A DNA stretch of 64,000 nt from an uncultured Lachnospiraceae bacterium (GCA_910584945.1 CAJUDY010000014.1:9275-73274); one strand, 5' to 3'; shown: positions 1 through 11,150, counted from the stretch's first letter. The notes: a model not told the origin generated them from the letters alone. Numbers and translations: made by a program.

Positions 1-69
1 CAAATTTCGACAAAAGGTGACATTAGAAGGCAAAAAAGTTGAGATTATAGTGAATTCAGGAGGTTTGTT

Positions 70-498
70 ATGAAGGATTGCAATTGTATTTTCTGTAAAA
101 TCGCAGATGGTGAGATCCCGTCTGCTACGATATATGAGGATGAAGACTTCCGGGTCATACTGGATCTGGGTCCGGCTACCAGAGGGCATGCCCTCCTGAT
201 TCCCAAGGATCACTATCCGGATCTTTTTGAACTGGAAGATGAAGCGGCGGCCAAAATACTGGTACGCGCAAAAAGAATTGCGGCAAGGATGAAGAAGGCT
301 TTGGGAGCGGACGGCTTCAATCTGGTTCAGAATAATGGGGAAGCAGCGGGGCAGACCGTATTTCATTTCCATATGCATCTGATTCCCCGTTATCGGGAAG
401 ATCATGCAGGGATTCTATGGGAGCCGCAAAAGACGACAGCGGAGGAGCTGGAAGAGGTAAAGACCCTGATCCAGGGGTATCAGGAGGATAATGGATAG
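70..498 (+). CDS. HIT family (histidine triad) protein
   Basis: N-terminal CIFCKI and the HFHMHLIPR histidine triad motif. Confidence 0.95.
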   Translation: MKDCNCIFCKIADGEIPSATIYEDEDFRVILDLGPATRGHALLIPKDHYPDLFELEDEAAAKILVRAKRIAARMKKALGADGFNLVQNNGEAAGQTVFHFHMHLIPRYREDHAGILWEPQKTTAEELEEVKTLIQGYQEDNG

Positions 499-503
499 GT
501 GTT

Positions 504-1040
504 ATGAAGGAAAAGGATCATCGCCTGGGTGATTACTTTAAGCGCTATAAACAACAGATCATGTGGAGTGTGTTTCTGATGACGCATGATTACCACTTGT
601 CAGAGGACGTTTGCCAAGATGCATTTATCAGTCTGTGGAAAAATCTGAACCGGGTACCGGCGGAGAAGGTCGGCAGATGGTTGTTTCGCGTATCAGAACG
701 CGTGTGTATTGATTACGCCAGAAAAGGCGGAAAATACAAGATGGTCTTCAAAGAAGAAATCAGCGATGAACTGGCGTTCGATGCAGAGGCAGATCCGTGC
801 AGCATTCTGATTGCGAAGGAAGAAAAAGAGGAGAAGGAGCTGGTTTTGGAGCGTCTGAGAAGAGAAAAGCCTCTGTGGTATGAGGCGCTGATGCTTCATT
901 ATGATGAGCATATGACGGATCGGGAGATTGCCAAAATCATGGGAGTGAAGGCGTCTCTGATCGGCAAATGGAGAGAAAGAACGGTCAAGTGGCTGACGAA
1001 GGCTTATGAAGAGGAGGACCAGAAAGGGGACAGATCATGA
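504..1040 (+). CDS. ECF-type sigma-70 family RNA polymerase sigma factor
   Basis: Region 2 (EDVCQDAFISLW...WLFRV) and region 4 HTH (MTDREIAKIMGV). Confidence 0.85.
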   Translation: MKEKDHRLGDYFKRYKQQIMWSVFLMTHDYHLSEDVCQDAFISLWKNLNRVPAEKVGRWLFRVSERVCIDYARKGGKYKMVFKEEISDELAFDAEADPCSILIAKEEKEEKELVLERLRREKPLWYEALMLHYDEHMTDREIAKIMGVKASLIGKWRERTVKWLTKAYEEEDQKGDRS

Positions 1041-1057
1041 TCTGTCCCGGTTTATAG

Positions 1058-2122
1058 TCAGGATACCGCCTGTTCGATCAATTCCAGGATGATGCGGATG
1101 GCGTCGGATTGCGGACAGCGCTCCATGGCGTCGATGTATGTCTGGCGGTTGCCGGATAACTCTTCGACAGCGTTTAACAGCGTGTCCTTTGTCAGATGCT
1201 CTTCCTCCAGCACCATGGAGAAGCCCTGACGCTCAAAGGAGCGTGCGTTGAGAAGCTGGTCCCCGCGGCTTGCTTTTGCCGGAAGGGGGATCAAAAGGGT
1301 TGGTTTCCGAAGGGCCAGCAGTTCGCAGATGGCATTGGCTCCGGCTCTGGAGATGACGATGTCACAGAGGGCAAAAAGATCCGGAAGTTCCTTTTGGATA
1401 TATTCATACTGGACGTAACCTTTTGTGCCGTTCAGACTTTCGTCGAGCTTGCCTTTGCCGCACAGATGGACGATCTGGTAACGCTTTAAAAGCTCTGGAA
1501 GCGCGTCACGGACGGCCTGGTTGACGGCAGCGGCTCCGAGACTTCCGCCCATGACCAGAAGGACCGGTTTGCCGGGGGTGAATCCGGTCAGGTTCAAAGC
1601 GGCGGTTCGGTTTCCCTCCATGAGCTCCCGTCGGATCGGACATCCGGTCAGCACGGCCTTTCCCTTGGGCAGATACTGGATGGTCTCCGGGAAATTACAG
1701 CAGACTTTGGTGGCCCCCGGCATGCTCAGCTTGTTGGCGAGCCCCGGGGTCAGATCGGATTCGTGACAGATCACCGGAATGTGATGGCGTCTGGCGGCGA
1801 TGACCACCGGGACGGAGACAAAGCCGCCTTTGGAGAATACGATATCCGGCTTCAGCTTTTTCATCAGGGCAGACGCCTCGGAGAAGCCTTTCAGGACCCG
1901 GAAGGGATCGGTGAAGTTCTTCAGGTCAAAGTAACGGCGAAGCTTGCCGGAGGATATCTCGTAGTAGGGGACGCCCTGGGCCTGAATCAGTTTTTTCTCG
2001 ATTCCGTCCCGGGAGCCGATGTAGGAAATCTCGTAGCCCGACTGGCGAAGCCTGGGAAGAAGGGCGATATTCGGGGTGACATGGCCTGCCGTGCCGCCGC
2101 CGGTGAGTATGATTCGTTTCAT
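1058..2122 (-). CDS. murG: UDP-GlcNAc:lipid I N-acetylglucosaminyltransferase
   Basis: TGGGTAGHV, KGGFVS, GGSLGA, SRAGAN and DQLLNA motifs. Confidence 0.95.
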   Translation of the reverse strand: MKRIILTGGGTAGHVTPNIALLPRLRQSGYEISYIGSRDGIEKKLIQAQGVPYYEISSGKLRRYFDLKNFTDPFRVLKGFSEASALMKKLKPDIVFSKGGFVSVPVVIAARRHHIPVICHESDLTPGLANKLSMPGATKVCCNFPETIQYLPKGKAVLTGCPIRRELMEGNRTAALNLTGFTPGKPVLLVMGGSLGAAAVNQAVRDALPELLKRYQIVHLCGKGKLDESLNGTKGYVQYEYIQKELPDLFALCDIVISRAGANAICELLALRKPTLLIPLPAKASRGDQLLNARSFERQGFSMVLEEEHLTKDTLLNAVEELSGNRQTYIDAMERCPQSDAIRIILELIEQAVS

Positions 2123-2156
2123 GATGGTGCAACCTCCCTTGGTGTAGTGGGTTTGG

Positions 2157-2185
2157 CGTAACTGTGAAGATGTTGGACAGTTACG
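2157..2185. repeat. REP-like palindrome GTAACTGT-N11-ACAGTTAC, copy 1
   Basis: Inverted repeat; related copies at 4220 and 48687. Confidence 0.7.
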
Positions 2186-2273
2186 GTTTGTCTATGATTA
2201 TATCGGGGGGATGGGGGAGATGTCAATGGGGGGAGGAGGATTCCTGCAGGGCATTGCTTTCGTGTGGGAATCC

Positions 2274-2419
2274 GGACGCCGGATGCGGGCAGATCGTCCT
2301 TCCAGACCCCGCTCGCGCTTAGGGAGCGGACGCAGCGGTACTAGGGCGCGTGGAAAACCCCGCCCAAGGACCGGCGCCACTCAATGGGTCTTTCAGGAAA
2401 ATCTGCCCGCATCCGGCTG
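2274..2419 (+). repeat. ~145-nt structured interspersed element, copy 1
   Basis: Core CAGACCCCGCT...GGGTCTTTCAGGA shared with copies at 38264 and 42274; perfect 17-bp closing stem 2278-2294/2401-2417. Confidence 0.85.
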
Positions 2420-2636
2420 AGAGTGAAAGACGAGAGGGTGGCCCGCTGGAGGTATGAGGTAAAATTGGAGGCGGAAGACAGGATAGCGTGAACGTAAGGT
2501 AATCCGGGCAAAATGAGGATTATGGATGATAAGGTGAATAGCAACTTGGGTTATCAAGTGGGTGGCTTGAGATGAAGCGAAAATAAAATAGTGAAAGGCG
2601 GAAGAGATTAGGGTATCTTGAGAGGATAACTGGAAT

Positions 2637-3404
2637 ATGAGACATGACATTGAGAGGGATGAGTGGCTTAGAGGGAAGATAGAGGAAGACCTGGAGGCAA
2701 TGGCAGAGAAGCGGGAGCGGCGGCTGAGGGAATCTGCGGAGGAGTTGCGGGATGTTGATATTCCCATGGAGCGGTTGGAGGATATCTATCGAAGGATCGA
2801 GGAGGAAGAGCGGGCCCTAAGAAAGAACAGGATCAGCAAACGTATGGTCATCGCGCTGGCGGCGACGGTGGTGCTCTGTATCGGCGCGGGAGCGATTGGC
2901 GTTGGAAGCAGGGTGTATGAGCCGGAGATCTTGCAGAGTATGCGGGGAGACGAAGTAGAGACAAAGGTTGAGAATACGGATTCTATTTATAGTGAATATG
3001 ATGAAGAGGAAGTGTGTCAGGAGATTAAAGAAAAATTAGGGGTTGTTCCGGTTAGATTAAGTTATCAACCTGTTGGAATGAGTTTGTCGGAATATTTGAT
3101 AAAAGAAAAAACAAATGAGGCAATTATGAATTATGAGTTGGGTGAAGAAAGATTGTTTGTTTATATTAGTAAGGATTATAAAGACTCTAGTATCAGTTGG
3201 CAGACAGATGGGAAAAAAATTGATACATTGATCATGCAATCATACAATTTAGAGATGCCTGTATTTGAATATCAAGATTCACAATCAGAGACATATTTTA
3301 AAACATCTTTTAAATATTTAAATACTTACTATTCTATAAGTGGAATAATGGATTACGAAGAGTTTAAGAAAATAATGGAAAATATTTCATTAAAGAATGT
3401 CTAA
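2637..3404 (+). CDS. Membrane-anchored putative anti-sigma factor (DUF4367-like C-terminus)
   Basis: Charged N-terminus, one TM helix (VIALAATVVLCIGAG), C-terminus ending YSISG...EEFKKIMENI. Confidence 0.6.
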   Translation: MRHDIERDEWLRGKIEEDLEAMAEKRERRLRESAEELRDVDIPMERLEDIYRRIEEEERALRKNRISKRMVIALAATVVLCIGAGAIGVGSRVYEPEILQSMRGDEVETKVENTDSIYSEYDEEEVCQEIKEKLGVVPVRLSYQPVGMSLSEYLIKEKTNEAIMNYELGEERLFVYISKDYKDSSISWQTDGKKIDTLIMQSYNLEMPVFEYQDSQSETYFKTSFKYLNTYYSISGIMDYEEFKKIMENISLKNV

Positions 3405-3477
3405 TACTGTCAAAAATGATAAATTCAATCGTTATAATATTGTAAGCTTATGTAATTCTAAGGGAAGGAGGAAAGTT

Positions 3478-3981
3478 ATGCAGGGAGTTCGGAGAAAGAT
3501 AAGTACATTTGCTTTAACAGGAACTTTGTTGTTTAGTTGTGTTCTTGGAGTTAATGCAGAGGAAATGATTCCCACAGAGACTATGCCGGCAGGTTATCAT
3601 GTTTATGATGTGCAAGCGAATCAGGCAACAGATACTTGGTATGGAATTGCTCGTGGGGATTATTTGAATTCAGGAGTATCTAAATTGCTGAAAGATACGA
3701 AACCAGGGTATGCGATCTGTTCTGGAACCACACTGGCACATAGAGAATGTGACAGAGTATATGTGCGTATCTATCTGGACCAAAGTGATACTGGAACAGA
3801 CGGGTGGGGGACCATTGACTATTGGACTGGCATTACCTATGATGGTACAATGGCAACAACAGACAGTGATTCCTATCCGGTCACCAGAGACAAGTATTAT
3901 CGTGTAAAAGGTTCCCACTCTGCTATCAAGGACGATACAGTAGAGGCGACCGTAACATGCACAAACGCACTCCATTTTTGA
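3478..3981 (+). CDS. Secreted hypothetical protein (DUF6147-like)
   Basis: RBS GGAGG before ATG 3478; signal peptide; C-terminal YYRVKGSH motif. Confidence 0.55.
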   Translation: MQGVRRKISTFALTGTLLFSCVLGVNAEEMIPTETMPAGYHVYDVQANQATDTWYGIARGDYLNSGVSKLLKDTKPGYAICSGTTLAHRECDRVYVRIYLDQSDTGTDGWGTIDYWTGITYDGTMATTDSDSYPVTRDKYYRVKGSHSAIKDDTVEATVTCTNALHF

Positions 3982-4219
3982 CTGATCGCCAAAATGGAGT
4001 CGAGAAAAGTCCCCAAATCTTAAGCGGTTTACCCGCTTGAGGAACCTTCCATCTTAGGTTCGCTGCCTGGGATGGGCGCATGAAGAGCAATAAACAAAAC
4101 CGAACCATTTTATAGTAACTGAGAGTTTTACCATTGGACGGATAGACGGATTGTCGGCCGCATGCAAAGACAATTTTACAACTGAATATGGAAAAGGGAT
4201 TCAGAACGAATCCAAAGGG

Positions 4220-4247
4220 GTAACTGTGAAAGGTACCGAACAGTTAT
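4220..4247. repeat. REP-like palindrome, copy 2
   Basis: GTAACTGTGAAAGGTACCGAACAGTTAT. Confidence 0.6.
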
Positions 4248-4336
4248 CCAAAACGTAACTAAAGACAAAATTACATGAAAAACCATGCTGTCGTTGAACA
4301 GCATCGGCGTACAAAAGATCTTTAGCATTCATTCAC

Positions 4337-4388
4337 AAAAGAAGAGAAGGTATTTCCGGGCGGCAGCCTTGGAGATACCTTCTTCTTT
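4337..4388. terminator. Probable bidirectional intrinsic terminator
   Basis: AGAAGGTATTTCC...GGAGATACCTTCT stem with A/T-rich flanks between convergent genes. Confidence 0.6.
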
Positions 4389-4410
4389 GATGAGCCATCC
4401 TGTATTGGCC

Positions 4411-4668
4411 TTATGCGTTGGCGGTCTGGCCGGATTTTAATTGTTTGAGCGCGCGGGCCAGCTGGTCCGGGCAGGAAGTTGGGCGCATGCCGCAGGGGGT
4501 GCCCTCCAGCTTGTGGATCACGTCGTCCACATTCATGCCGACCACCAGCTTGGCGATCCCGGCCGTATTGCCGGCGCAGCCGCCTACGAATTTTACGGAA
4601 GTGATGACTCCGTTCTCCGCCTCTACGTCAATCGCCTGAGAGCAGGTGCCTTTTGTTCGATAGACCAT
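4411..4668 (-). CDS. TIGR03905 family TSCPD-domain protein
   Basis: YRTKGTCS, FVGGCAGN, CGMRPTSCPDQLA motifs. Confidence 0.85.
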   Translation of the reverse strand: MVYRTKGTCSQAIDVEAENGVITSVKFVGGCAGNTAGIAKLVVGMNVDDVIHKLEGTPCGMRPTSCPDQLARALKQLKSGQTANA

Positions 4669-4886
4669 GGTTTTCTCCTCCTTTTTCAACAATCTCGGCT
4701 TCGATTGTCATTTTGCAGATAGTATACCAGAAAAAGGCATGTTTTACCATAGGATGTTTTTGCGTTGGCAGCGGGACCGGTTCTATTGCTGTCATTTTTG
4801 CGGAACTTAAAAATTTCTGTTCAAATTTTCGGATATCCGCTATAATAAGGGGAAATCAATTATACGCAGAAAGCGAGGTTTTTTGA

Positions 4887-5588
4887 ATGATCAACAAGAT
4901 CGGTATCATCGGCGCCATGGAAGAGGAGGTCTCTGCCCTTCGGGAGAAGCTGACGGACGCGAGATTAATGAAAAAGGCGTCCATGGATTTTTATTCCGGG
5001 ACTTTAAGCGGCAAAGAAGTGGTGATCGTGCGAAGCGGCATCGGCAAGGTCAATGCGGGGATCTGCACCCAGATTCTTTCGGATCTCTATCAGGTGGACG
5101 CAGTGATCAATACGGGAATCGCCGGTTCCCTGAAGGCGGAGATTAACATCGGGGATATTGTCATTTCCACAGACGCCCTGCAGCATGATATGGACGCTAC
5201 GGGTTTTGGCTATGAGCCGGGGGTGATTCCCCGGATGGAGACCAGCTGCTTTCCGGCGGACCCGGAGCTTTTAGAGCAGGCGGAGGCTGCCTGCAGGGAA
5301 GCGGTTCCGGAGATCCAGGTCTTTACCGGTCGGGTGGTCAGCGGAGATCAGTTTATCTCTGATAAAAAGGTCAAAGAGCGGATCACACGGCAGTTCGGCG
5401 GAATGTGTACGGAGATGGAAGGCGCGGCCATCGCCCAGGCGGCGTATCTGAATCAGATTCCCTTTGTGGTCATCCGCGCCATCTCGGACAAAGCGGACGA
5501 CAGCGCGACCGTGGACTATCCCACCTTCGAGCGCCAGGCCATCGCTCACAGCGTGGCGTTGGTGGAAAATCTGATCCGGCGGCTGTAG
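4887..5588 (+). CDS. mtnN: 5'-methylthioadenosine/S-adenosylhomocysteine nucleosidase
   Basis: IGIIGAMEEE, SGIGKVNA, SGDQF, EMEGAA, RAISD motifs. Confidence 0.95.
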   Translation: MINKIGIIGAMEEEVSALREKLTDARLMKKASMDFYSGTLSGKEVVIVRSGIGKVNAGICTQILSDLYQVDAVINTGIAGSLKAEINIGDIVISTDALQHDMDATGFGYEPGVIPRMETSCFPADPELLEQAEAACREAVPEIQVFTGRVVSGDQFISDKKVKERITRQFGGMCTEMEGAAIAQAAYLNQIPFVVIRAISDKADDSATVDYPTFERQAIAHSVALVENLIRRL

Positions 5589-5704
5589 AAGAGACAAAAA
5601 AGGGACACGGGAAGTCGCAATCCGTCGATAAGTTCGGCTCCCCTTTGCAGAAGGTTTTGCTATAATAGTTACTATTAAAACTGTATGCAAAGGGAGGCAT
5701 CATT

Positions 5705-6373
5705 ATGTATCAGGCATGGTATTCATACTACGGAGAATTTCTGGCGCTGGGAATATGGGGAATCCTTCTCACGCTGCTAAGAAGAGTACTGTTCGGAAGA
5801 CTTTGCAAAGAAGCGGCGCTTGGAAACGGCGGAAAAGGAAAGATGCTGAAAGCGATGACGCTGAAATTCGAGAAAAGTTATGAGCTCAACGTGGGAATCT
5901 ATGACCGGCCGGCCTTCGTGCAAAAGTATTTATGCCAGGAGAAAAAGCTGGGAATCCGCCTGGGACAGTGGAGGCGCCTGCCGGAGCGGTGGGCGGCTCT
6001 GATTCTCTGCGTCGGTCTGGTCGAAACGGCGGTCCTTCGGTATCTTCGGTATGACCCGGTATTCTGCCAGACAAGGCTTGTGGCGGCGGTGACTGCGGCG
6101 GCAATGGTCTGTATCGCTTTTTTATGGTTTGAGTCGGACAGCCTGTGGGAGCAGACCCGGGTGTATCTTCTGGATTATGTGGCGAATACCCTGTATCCAA
6201 GACAGATTCATGTATATGAGAGCTTTGGGGAGGCGTCGGAGGCATCTGAGATGCCCGAAGCTTCGCCGGAGGAAGAGGAAAAGCAGGAGCCCGGAAAAAG
6301 GCTGGTTCTCGAAAAAGAAGAAGAGCAGATCTTTCAGGAAGTTCTTTCTGACTTTTTGGGCTCATCTACTTGA
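5705..6373 (+). CDS. Hypothetical membrane protein
   Basis: Good RBS; three hydrophobic segments; acidic tail. Confidence 0.65.
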   Translation: MYQAWYSYYGEFLALGIWGILLTLLRRVLFGRLCKEAALGNGGKGKMLKAMTLKFEKSYELNVGIYDRPAFVQKYLCQEKKLGIRLGQWRRLPERWAALILCVGLVETAVLRYLRYDPVFCQTRLVAAVTAAAMVCIAFLWFESDSLWEQTRVYLLDYVANTLYPRQIHVYESFGEASEASEMPEASPEEEEKQEPGKRLVLEKEEEQIFQEVLSDFLGSST

Positions 6374-6451
6374 TTTTTCCTATGGCGGGATGCTACAATA
6401 TGGATAAGAAAAGGCGAGGGATACTCGTGCAGAAAAGGAGTGTAGGATATC

Positions 6452-7798
6452 ATGGGAAAAGTCACATTTGATTATTCCAAAGCTGCATCGTTCATTGGCG
6501 CAGAGGAAGTAAAGTTTATGGAAGCCCAGACCATGGCGCTGAAAGACGTTCTGGTTCAGAAAAAGGGGGCAGGAAGTGATTTCCTGGGCTGGATTGATCT
6601 TCCGGTAAATTATGATAAAGAAGAGTTTGCAAGGATTCAGAAAGCGGCGGATCGGATCAAAGAGGACTCCGACGTTCTTCTGGTGATCGGAATCGGCGGT
6701 TCTTATCTGGGCGCCCGTGCGGCGATTGAGTTCTTGAGACACAGCTTTTACAACATCGTGTCCAAGGAAGTCCGCAGGACGCCGGAGATTTATTTTGTGG
6801 GCAACAGCATTTCCACCCGTTATTTAAGCCATCTGATGGATGTAATCGGCGACCGGGATTTCTCTGTGAATGTCATCTCCAAGTCCGGTACGACCACGGA
6901 GCCGGCGATTGCATTCCGGATCTTCAAGAAGATGCTGGAGGACAAGTACGGCAAGGAAGGCGCGGCCAAGAGAATCTACGCCACCACAGACAAGGCAAGA
7001 GGAGCGCTGAAAGGTCTGGCGACCGAGGAAGGCTATGAGACCTTCGTGGTTCCGGATGATGTGGGCGGACGTTTTTCCGTACTGACCGCAGTGGGACTGC
7101 TCCCCATCGCTGTCAGCGGCGCGGATATTCAGAAGCTGATGGAAGGCGCGGCAAGCGGACGGGACGCGGCTTTGAACACTCCTTATGAAGAGAACGACGC
7201 GGTCATGTACGCGGTGATCCGCAATATCCTTCATCAAAAAGGCAAATCCACAGAAGTGCTGGCCAACTACGAGCCGAGCCTTCACTATATCTCCGAGTGG
7301 TGGAAGCAGCTCTACGGCGAGTCCGAGGGCAAGGACCAGAAGGGAATCTTCCCGGCGTCTGTGGATCTGACCACGGATCTGCACTCCATGGGACAGTTTA
7401 TCCAGGACGGCGCAAGGATCATGTTCGAGACGGTGCTCTCCGTGGAAGAATGCGATCAGGAGATCCTCATAGGCGAAGAACCGGTGGATCTGGACGGCCT
7501 GAATTATCTGGCTGGTAAAAATATCGACTTTGTCAACAAGAATGCCATGAACGGAACGATTCTGGCGCACACCGACGGCAATGTGCCGAACCTGATGGTG
7601 AAGATTCCGAGACAGGACGAGTTCTCTCTGGGACAGCTGTTCTACTTCTTTGAGTTCGCCTGCGGGATCAGCGGATATCTGCTGGGCGTGAATCCCTTCA
7701 ATCAGCCGGGCGTGGAGAGCTACAAGAAGAATATGTTCGCGCTGCTTGGAAAGCCGGGATATGAGGCGGAGCGCGAGGAACTCTTAAAGAGATTATAA
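6452..7798 (+). CDS. pgi: Glucose-6-phosphate isomerase
   Basis: [32 protein letters not shown] motifs. Confidence 0.97.
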   Translation: MGKVTFDYSKAASFIGAEEVKFMEAQTMALKDVLVQKKGAGSDFLGWIDLPVNYDKEEFARIQKAADRIKEDSDVLLVIGIGGSYLGARAAIEFLRHSFYNIVSKEVRRTPEIYFVGNSISTRYLSHLMDVIGDRDFSVNVISKSGTTTEPAIAFRIFKKMLEDKYGKEGAAKRIYATTDKARGALKGLATEEGYETFVVPDDVGGRFSVLTAVGLLPIAVSGADIQKLMEGAASGRDAALNTPYEENDAVMYAVIRNILHQKGKSTEVLANYEPSLHYISEWWKQLYGESEGKDQKGIFPASVDLTTDLHSMGQFIQDGARIMFETVLSVEECDQEILIGEEPVDLDGLNYLAGKNIDFVNKNAMNGTILAHTDGNVPNLMVKIPRQDEFSLGQLFYFFEFACGISGYLLGVNPFNQPGVESYKKNMFALLGKPGYEAEREELLKRL

Positions 7799-7900
7799 AA
7801 TAAGATAACCAGGGTGGGGCTGCGGCGTGATGTCACAGCCCCTGTTTTGTGTGTGAAAGCAGGCCGGGCATCGGCCTGCAGAAAAGAAGGAGTTGGTCGG

Positions 7901-8548
7901 ATGGAACGATATAAGATCCTGTATGAAGACGAGGCGCTCTTCGTTCTCTGGAAAGCGGCCGGAGTCCCGGTGCAGAGCGCCCGTATCTCCCTCCCGGATG
8001 TGATGAGTCTGCTGCGCAATACGTTGCTGGAAAGAGGGGTGAGGGACCCTTACCTGGGTCTGGTGAATCGATTGGATCAGCCGGTGGAGGGCCTTTTCCT
8101 GGCGGCGAAAGAAGAGGCGGCGGCAGCGGATCTTTGCAGGCAGGTGAAGGAACATATCCACATGGAAAAGTGGTATCAGGCGGTGCTGTGTGGAAAAATT
8201 TCCAAGAAAAAAGGGGTACTGGTGGATTACCTGCGAAAAGACAGCCGGACCAATACGTCCGGAGTCGTCATGGCGGGCGCGAAGGATGCGAAGAAGTGCG
8301 AGCTTTCCTATGAGGTGCTTAGGGAATGGGAGGACCGAAGCCTTGTGAAAATCCGCCTTCTGACCGGCAGGCATCACCAGATCCGGGTGCAGTTCGCCCA
8401 TGCGGGAGCGCCGGTGGCAGGCGATCAGAAGTATGGAAAAGCAGAGGGCGGCAGAGGACAGCTGCTGCTCTGCGCCAGCGAGCTTCGCTTCCGCCATCCC
8501 AGGACCGGGGAATCGATGCACTTTCAGGCGGAGCCCACATTTCTGTAA
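7901..8548 (+). CDS. RluA family pseudouridine synthase
   Basis: NRLDQPVEG catalytic motif; TGRHHQIR; GDQKYG. Confidence 0.9.
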   Translation: MERYKILYEDEALFVLWKAAGVPVQSARISLPDVMSLLRNTLLERGVRDPYLGLVNRLDQPVEGLFLAAKEEAAAADLCRQVKEHIHMEKWYQAVLCGKISKKKGVLVDYLRKDSRTNTSGVVMAGAKDAKKCELSYEVLREWEDRSLVKIRLLTGRHHQIRVQFAHAGAPVAGDQKYGKAEGGRGQLLLCASELRFRHPRTGESMHFQAEPTFL

Positions 8549-8554
8549 AGACAG

Positions 8555-9508
8555 TCAGATGTGAAAACTGCCTTTTTGCGGCTGGACGGATTCCAGTTCT
8601 GCCCACAGTTCCCGTATGAACAGGACGCCGAAGGGGCCGGAGAAGAATCCAAGGGGGCCGAACAACTGAAGCCCTGCAATGACGGACATGAGAAAGCAGA
8701 CGGGAAGAAGTCCCAGCTCATTTCCGAGAAGTTTTGGCTCCAGGAATTCCCTGGTCAGCCAGGTGATTATATAGAGAAGTCCCAGCCACAGGGCAAAGGA
8801 GTAATCTCCCTGGAGAGAGACGATGAGCATCCACGGAAAAAAGACGGTTCCGGTGCCGAAAACCGGGAGCGCATCGACGATACCTGTGAGAATTGCCCAG
8901 AAAGGGAACCCGGGGATGCCAAGCAGATAGTATCCGGCGGCGCATTCAAGGGAGATCACAATCATGATCCGGAACTGGGCGCGAAGCCATCTTCTGGCGC
9001 AGGCAATGATCCTTCCGCCGGCGTTGGCGACCGGAACGGCGAAGGGGAGCTGATAGAGCATATTGTGAAAATGTTCCCAGTCTCTGGCAAAGAGCAGGAC
9101 CGAGAGCAAATATAAAAAGACTCCGAACAGACAGGAGAGGACCGAGGGCATCAGGTCCGCCAGACGCCCGGACAGGGAGCCGGGAAGCCATGAAAGGTAT
9201 TCGGAAAATTGTTCCCAGTAACTTTGACAGACCGGGATCAGACGGCAGCAGGGTTCATACAGCAGGGTGCACCCGCAGAAGACCGAGATTCCAACGAGAA
9301 AAAGAAAGAACATCAGGTAAAGGATGCTAAGAGGCATCAGTCCCAGCGGGGTCTTATGCTGAAGGAACGCCAGACAGCCGACGGTAATCCATGCCAGAAA
9401 AAAGGGCAGGACAATGGGCAGCAGAAAGCGGAGCACCAGATAGACTGCCAGCAGGATTCCCGTTTTCTGAAAATAGAGCTTTGTCTGTCGCTTCATAAGA
9501 TGTGCCAC
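8555..9508 (-). CDS. AI-2E/YtvI family membrane protein
   Basis: DALPVFGTG, LEPKLLG, LFGPLGFFSGP motifs; polytopic. Confidence 0.8.
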   Translation of the reverse strand: MAHLMKRQTKLYFQKTGILLAVYLVLRFLLPIVLPFFLAWITVGCLAFLQHKTPLGLMPLSILYLMFFLFLVGISVFCGCTLLYEPCCRLIPVCQSYWEQFSEYLSWLPGSLSGRLADLMPSVLSCLFGVFLYLLSVLLFARDWEHFHNMLYQLPFAVPVANAGGRIIACARRWLRAQFRIMIVISLECAAGYYLLGIPGFPFWAILTGIVDALPVFGTGTVFFPWMLIVSLQGDYSFALWLGLLYIITWLTREFLEPKLLGNELGLLPVCFLMSVIAGLQLFGPLGFFSGPFGVLFIRELWAELESVQPQKGSFHI

Positions 9509-9636
9509 CTCCGTCGAATACAGTATCTGTAAAATGGGTCAGAATATGGCAGATAAGTAATGGAAGAGTTTCCAGAAAGTTACTTTTTATATTTGCGTTA
9601 GCCGGACGCCCGATGCAGGCGGAAGAACAGTAAGAC

Positions 9637-9665
9637 TTGACAAACCCCGCAAACCTTCTTACAAT
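9637..9665 (+). promoter_or_regulatory. sigma-A promoter of proS
   Basis: TTGACA-17-TACAAT. Confidence 0.7.
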
Positions 9666-9700
9666 TTATTCAGAAATGTAGATAAGGAGAATTTACGGAT

Positions 9701-11137
9701 ATGGCAAAAGACAAGAAGCTGGTGGAGGGCATCACCTCCATGGATGTGGACTTCGCCCAGTGGTATACGGATGTGGTGAAGAAAGCGGAACTGATCGATT
9801 ATACAAGCGTAAAGGGCTGCATGGTCATCAAGCCGGCCGGCTATGCGATCTGGGAAAATATTCAGAAGGAGCTGGACAGGAGATTTAAGGAGACCGGGGT
9901 GCAGAACGTGTATCTGCCCATGTTTATCCCGGAAAGTCTGCTTCAGAAGGAAAAGGATCACGTGGAGGGCTTTGCTCCGGAAGTGGCCTGGGTGACTCAT
10001 GGGGGGCTGGAGCCTCTGCAGGAGCGTCTGTGCGTGCGTCCCACCTCGGAGACGCTGTTCTGTGATTTCTACTCCAACGAGATTCATTCCTACCGGGATC
10101 TGCCCAAGAACTATAATCAGTGGTGTTCCGTGGTGCGCTGGGAGAAGACGACGAGACCGTTCCTGCGCTCCAGAGAATTCCTGTGGCAGGAAGGACATAC
10201 GGCCCACGCTACGGCGGAGGAAGCGGAGGAGAGAACCGTCCGGATGCTGAATGTCTATGCGGATTTCTGTGAAGAGGTTCTGGCGATTCCGGTTATCAAG
10301 GGACAGAAGACCGACAAGGAAAAGTTCGCCGGTGCGGAGGCGACCTATACCATCGAATCCCTGATGCACGACGGCAAGGCCCTGCAGTCCGGCACCAGCC
10401 ATAACTTCGGGGACGGATTCGCGAAAGCCTTCGGCATCCAGTATACCGACAAGGACAACCAGTTAAAGTACGTTCATCAGACCTCCTGGGGTATGACCAC
10501 CCGTATGATCGGCGCCATCATCATGGTACACGGGGACGACTCCGGTCTGGTGCTGCCGCCCCGGATCGCACCGGTTCAGACCATGATCGTGCCCATCGCC
10601 CAGCACAAGGAAGGAGTTCTTGACAAGGCATACGAGCTGAGAGACCGTCTGGCAAAGACCTTCCAGGTGAAGGTGGACGATACGGACAAGAGTCCGGGCT
10701 GGAAGTTTGCGGAGCAGGAGATCAAGGGCATCCCCACCCGGATCGAGATCGGCCCCAAGGATATCGAGGCGAACCAGGCGGTGATCGTACGCCGGGATAC
10801 GAGAGAGAAGATCGTCGTCTCTCTGGAGGAACTGGAGACGAAGCTCTCGGAGGTTCTTGAGACGATGCAGAAGGAGATGCTGGAACGTGCCCGCGCCCAC
10901 AGAGACGCCCACACGTATGACGCACGCACCTATGAAGAGTTCGTGGATACGATTAACAATAAACCCGGATTTGTGAGGGCCATGTGGTGCGGCGACCAGG
11001 CATGTGAAGACAAGATTAAGGAAGACACCACCGCTACCAGCCGCTGTATGCCCTTTGAGCAGCACACGCTCTCTGACAAATGTGTCTGCTGCGGAAAACC
11101 GGCGAAGAAGCTGGTCTACTGGGGGAAAGCATATTAA
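9701..11137 (+). CDS. proS: Proline--tRNA ligase (archaeal/eukaryal-type)
   Basis: [28 protein letters not shown]-terminal GKAY. Confidence 0.97.
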   Translation: MAKDKKLVEGITSMDVDFAQWYTDVVKKAELIDYTSVKGCMVIKPAGYAIWENIQKELDRRFKETGVQNVYLPMFIPESLLQKEKDHVEGFAPEVAWVTHGGLEPLQERLCVRPTSETLFCDFYSNEIHSYRDLPKNYNQWCSVVRWEKTTRPFLRSREFLWQEGHTAHATAEEAEERTVRMLNVYADFCEEVLAIPVIKGQKTDKEKFAGAEATYTIESLMHDGKALQSGTSHNFGDGFAKAFGIQYTDKDNQLKYVHQTSWGMTTRMIGAIIMVHGDDSGLVLPPRIAPVQTMIVPIAQHKEGVLDKAYELRDRLAKTFQVKVDDTDKSPGWKFAEQEIKGIPTRIEIGPKDIEANQAVIVRRDTREKIVVSLEELETKLSEVLETMQKEMLERARAHRDAHTYDARTYEEFVDTINNKPGFVRAMWCGDQACEDKIKEDTTATSRCMPFEQHTLSDKCVCCGKPAKKLVYWGKAY

Positions 11138-11150
11138 AGAAGATAAGGCT

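Noticed and set aside
2303..2398. Pistol ribozyme assignment for the repeated element (UUAGGG/CCCUAAG-like pairing)
   Set aside because: The A-rich linker and overall pistol architecture are not evident
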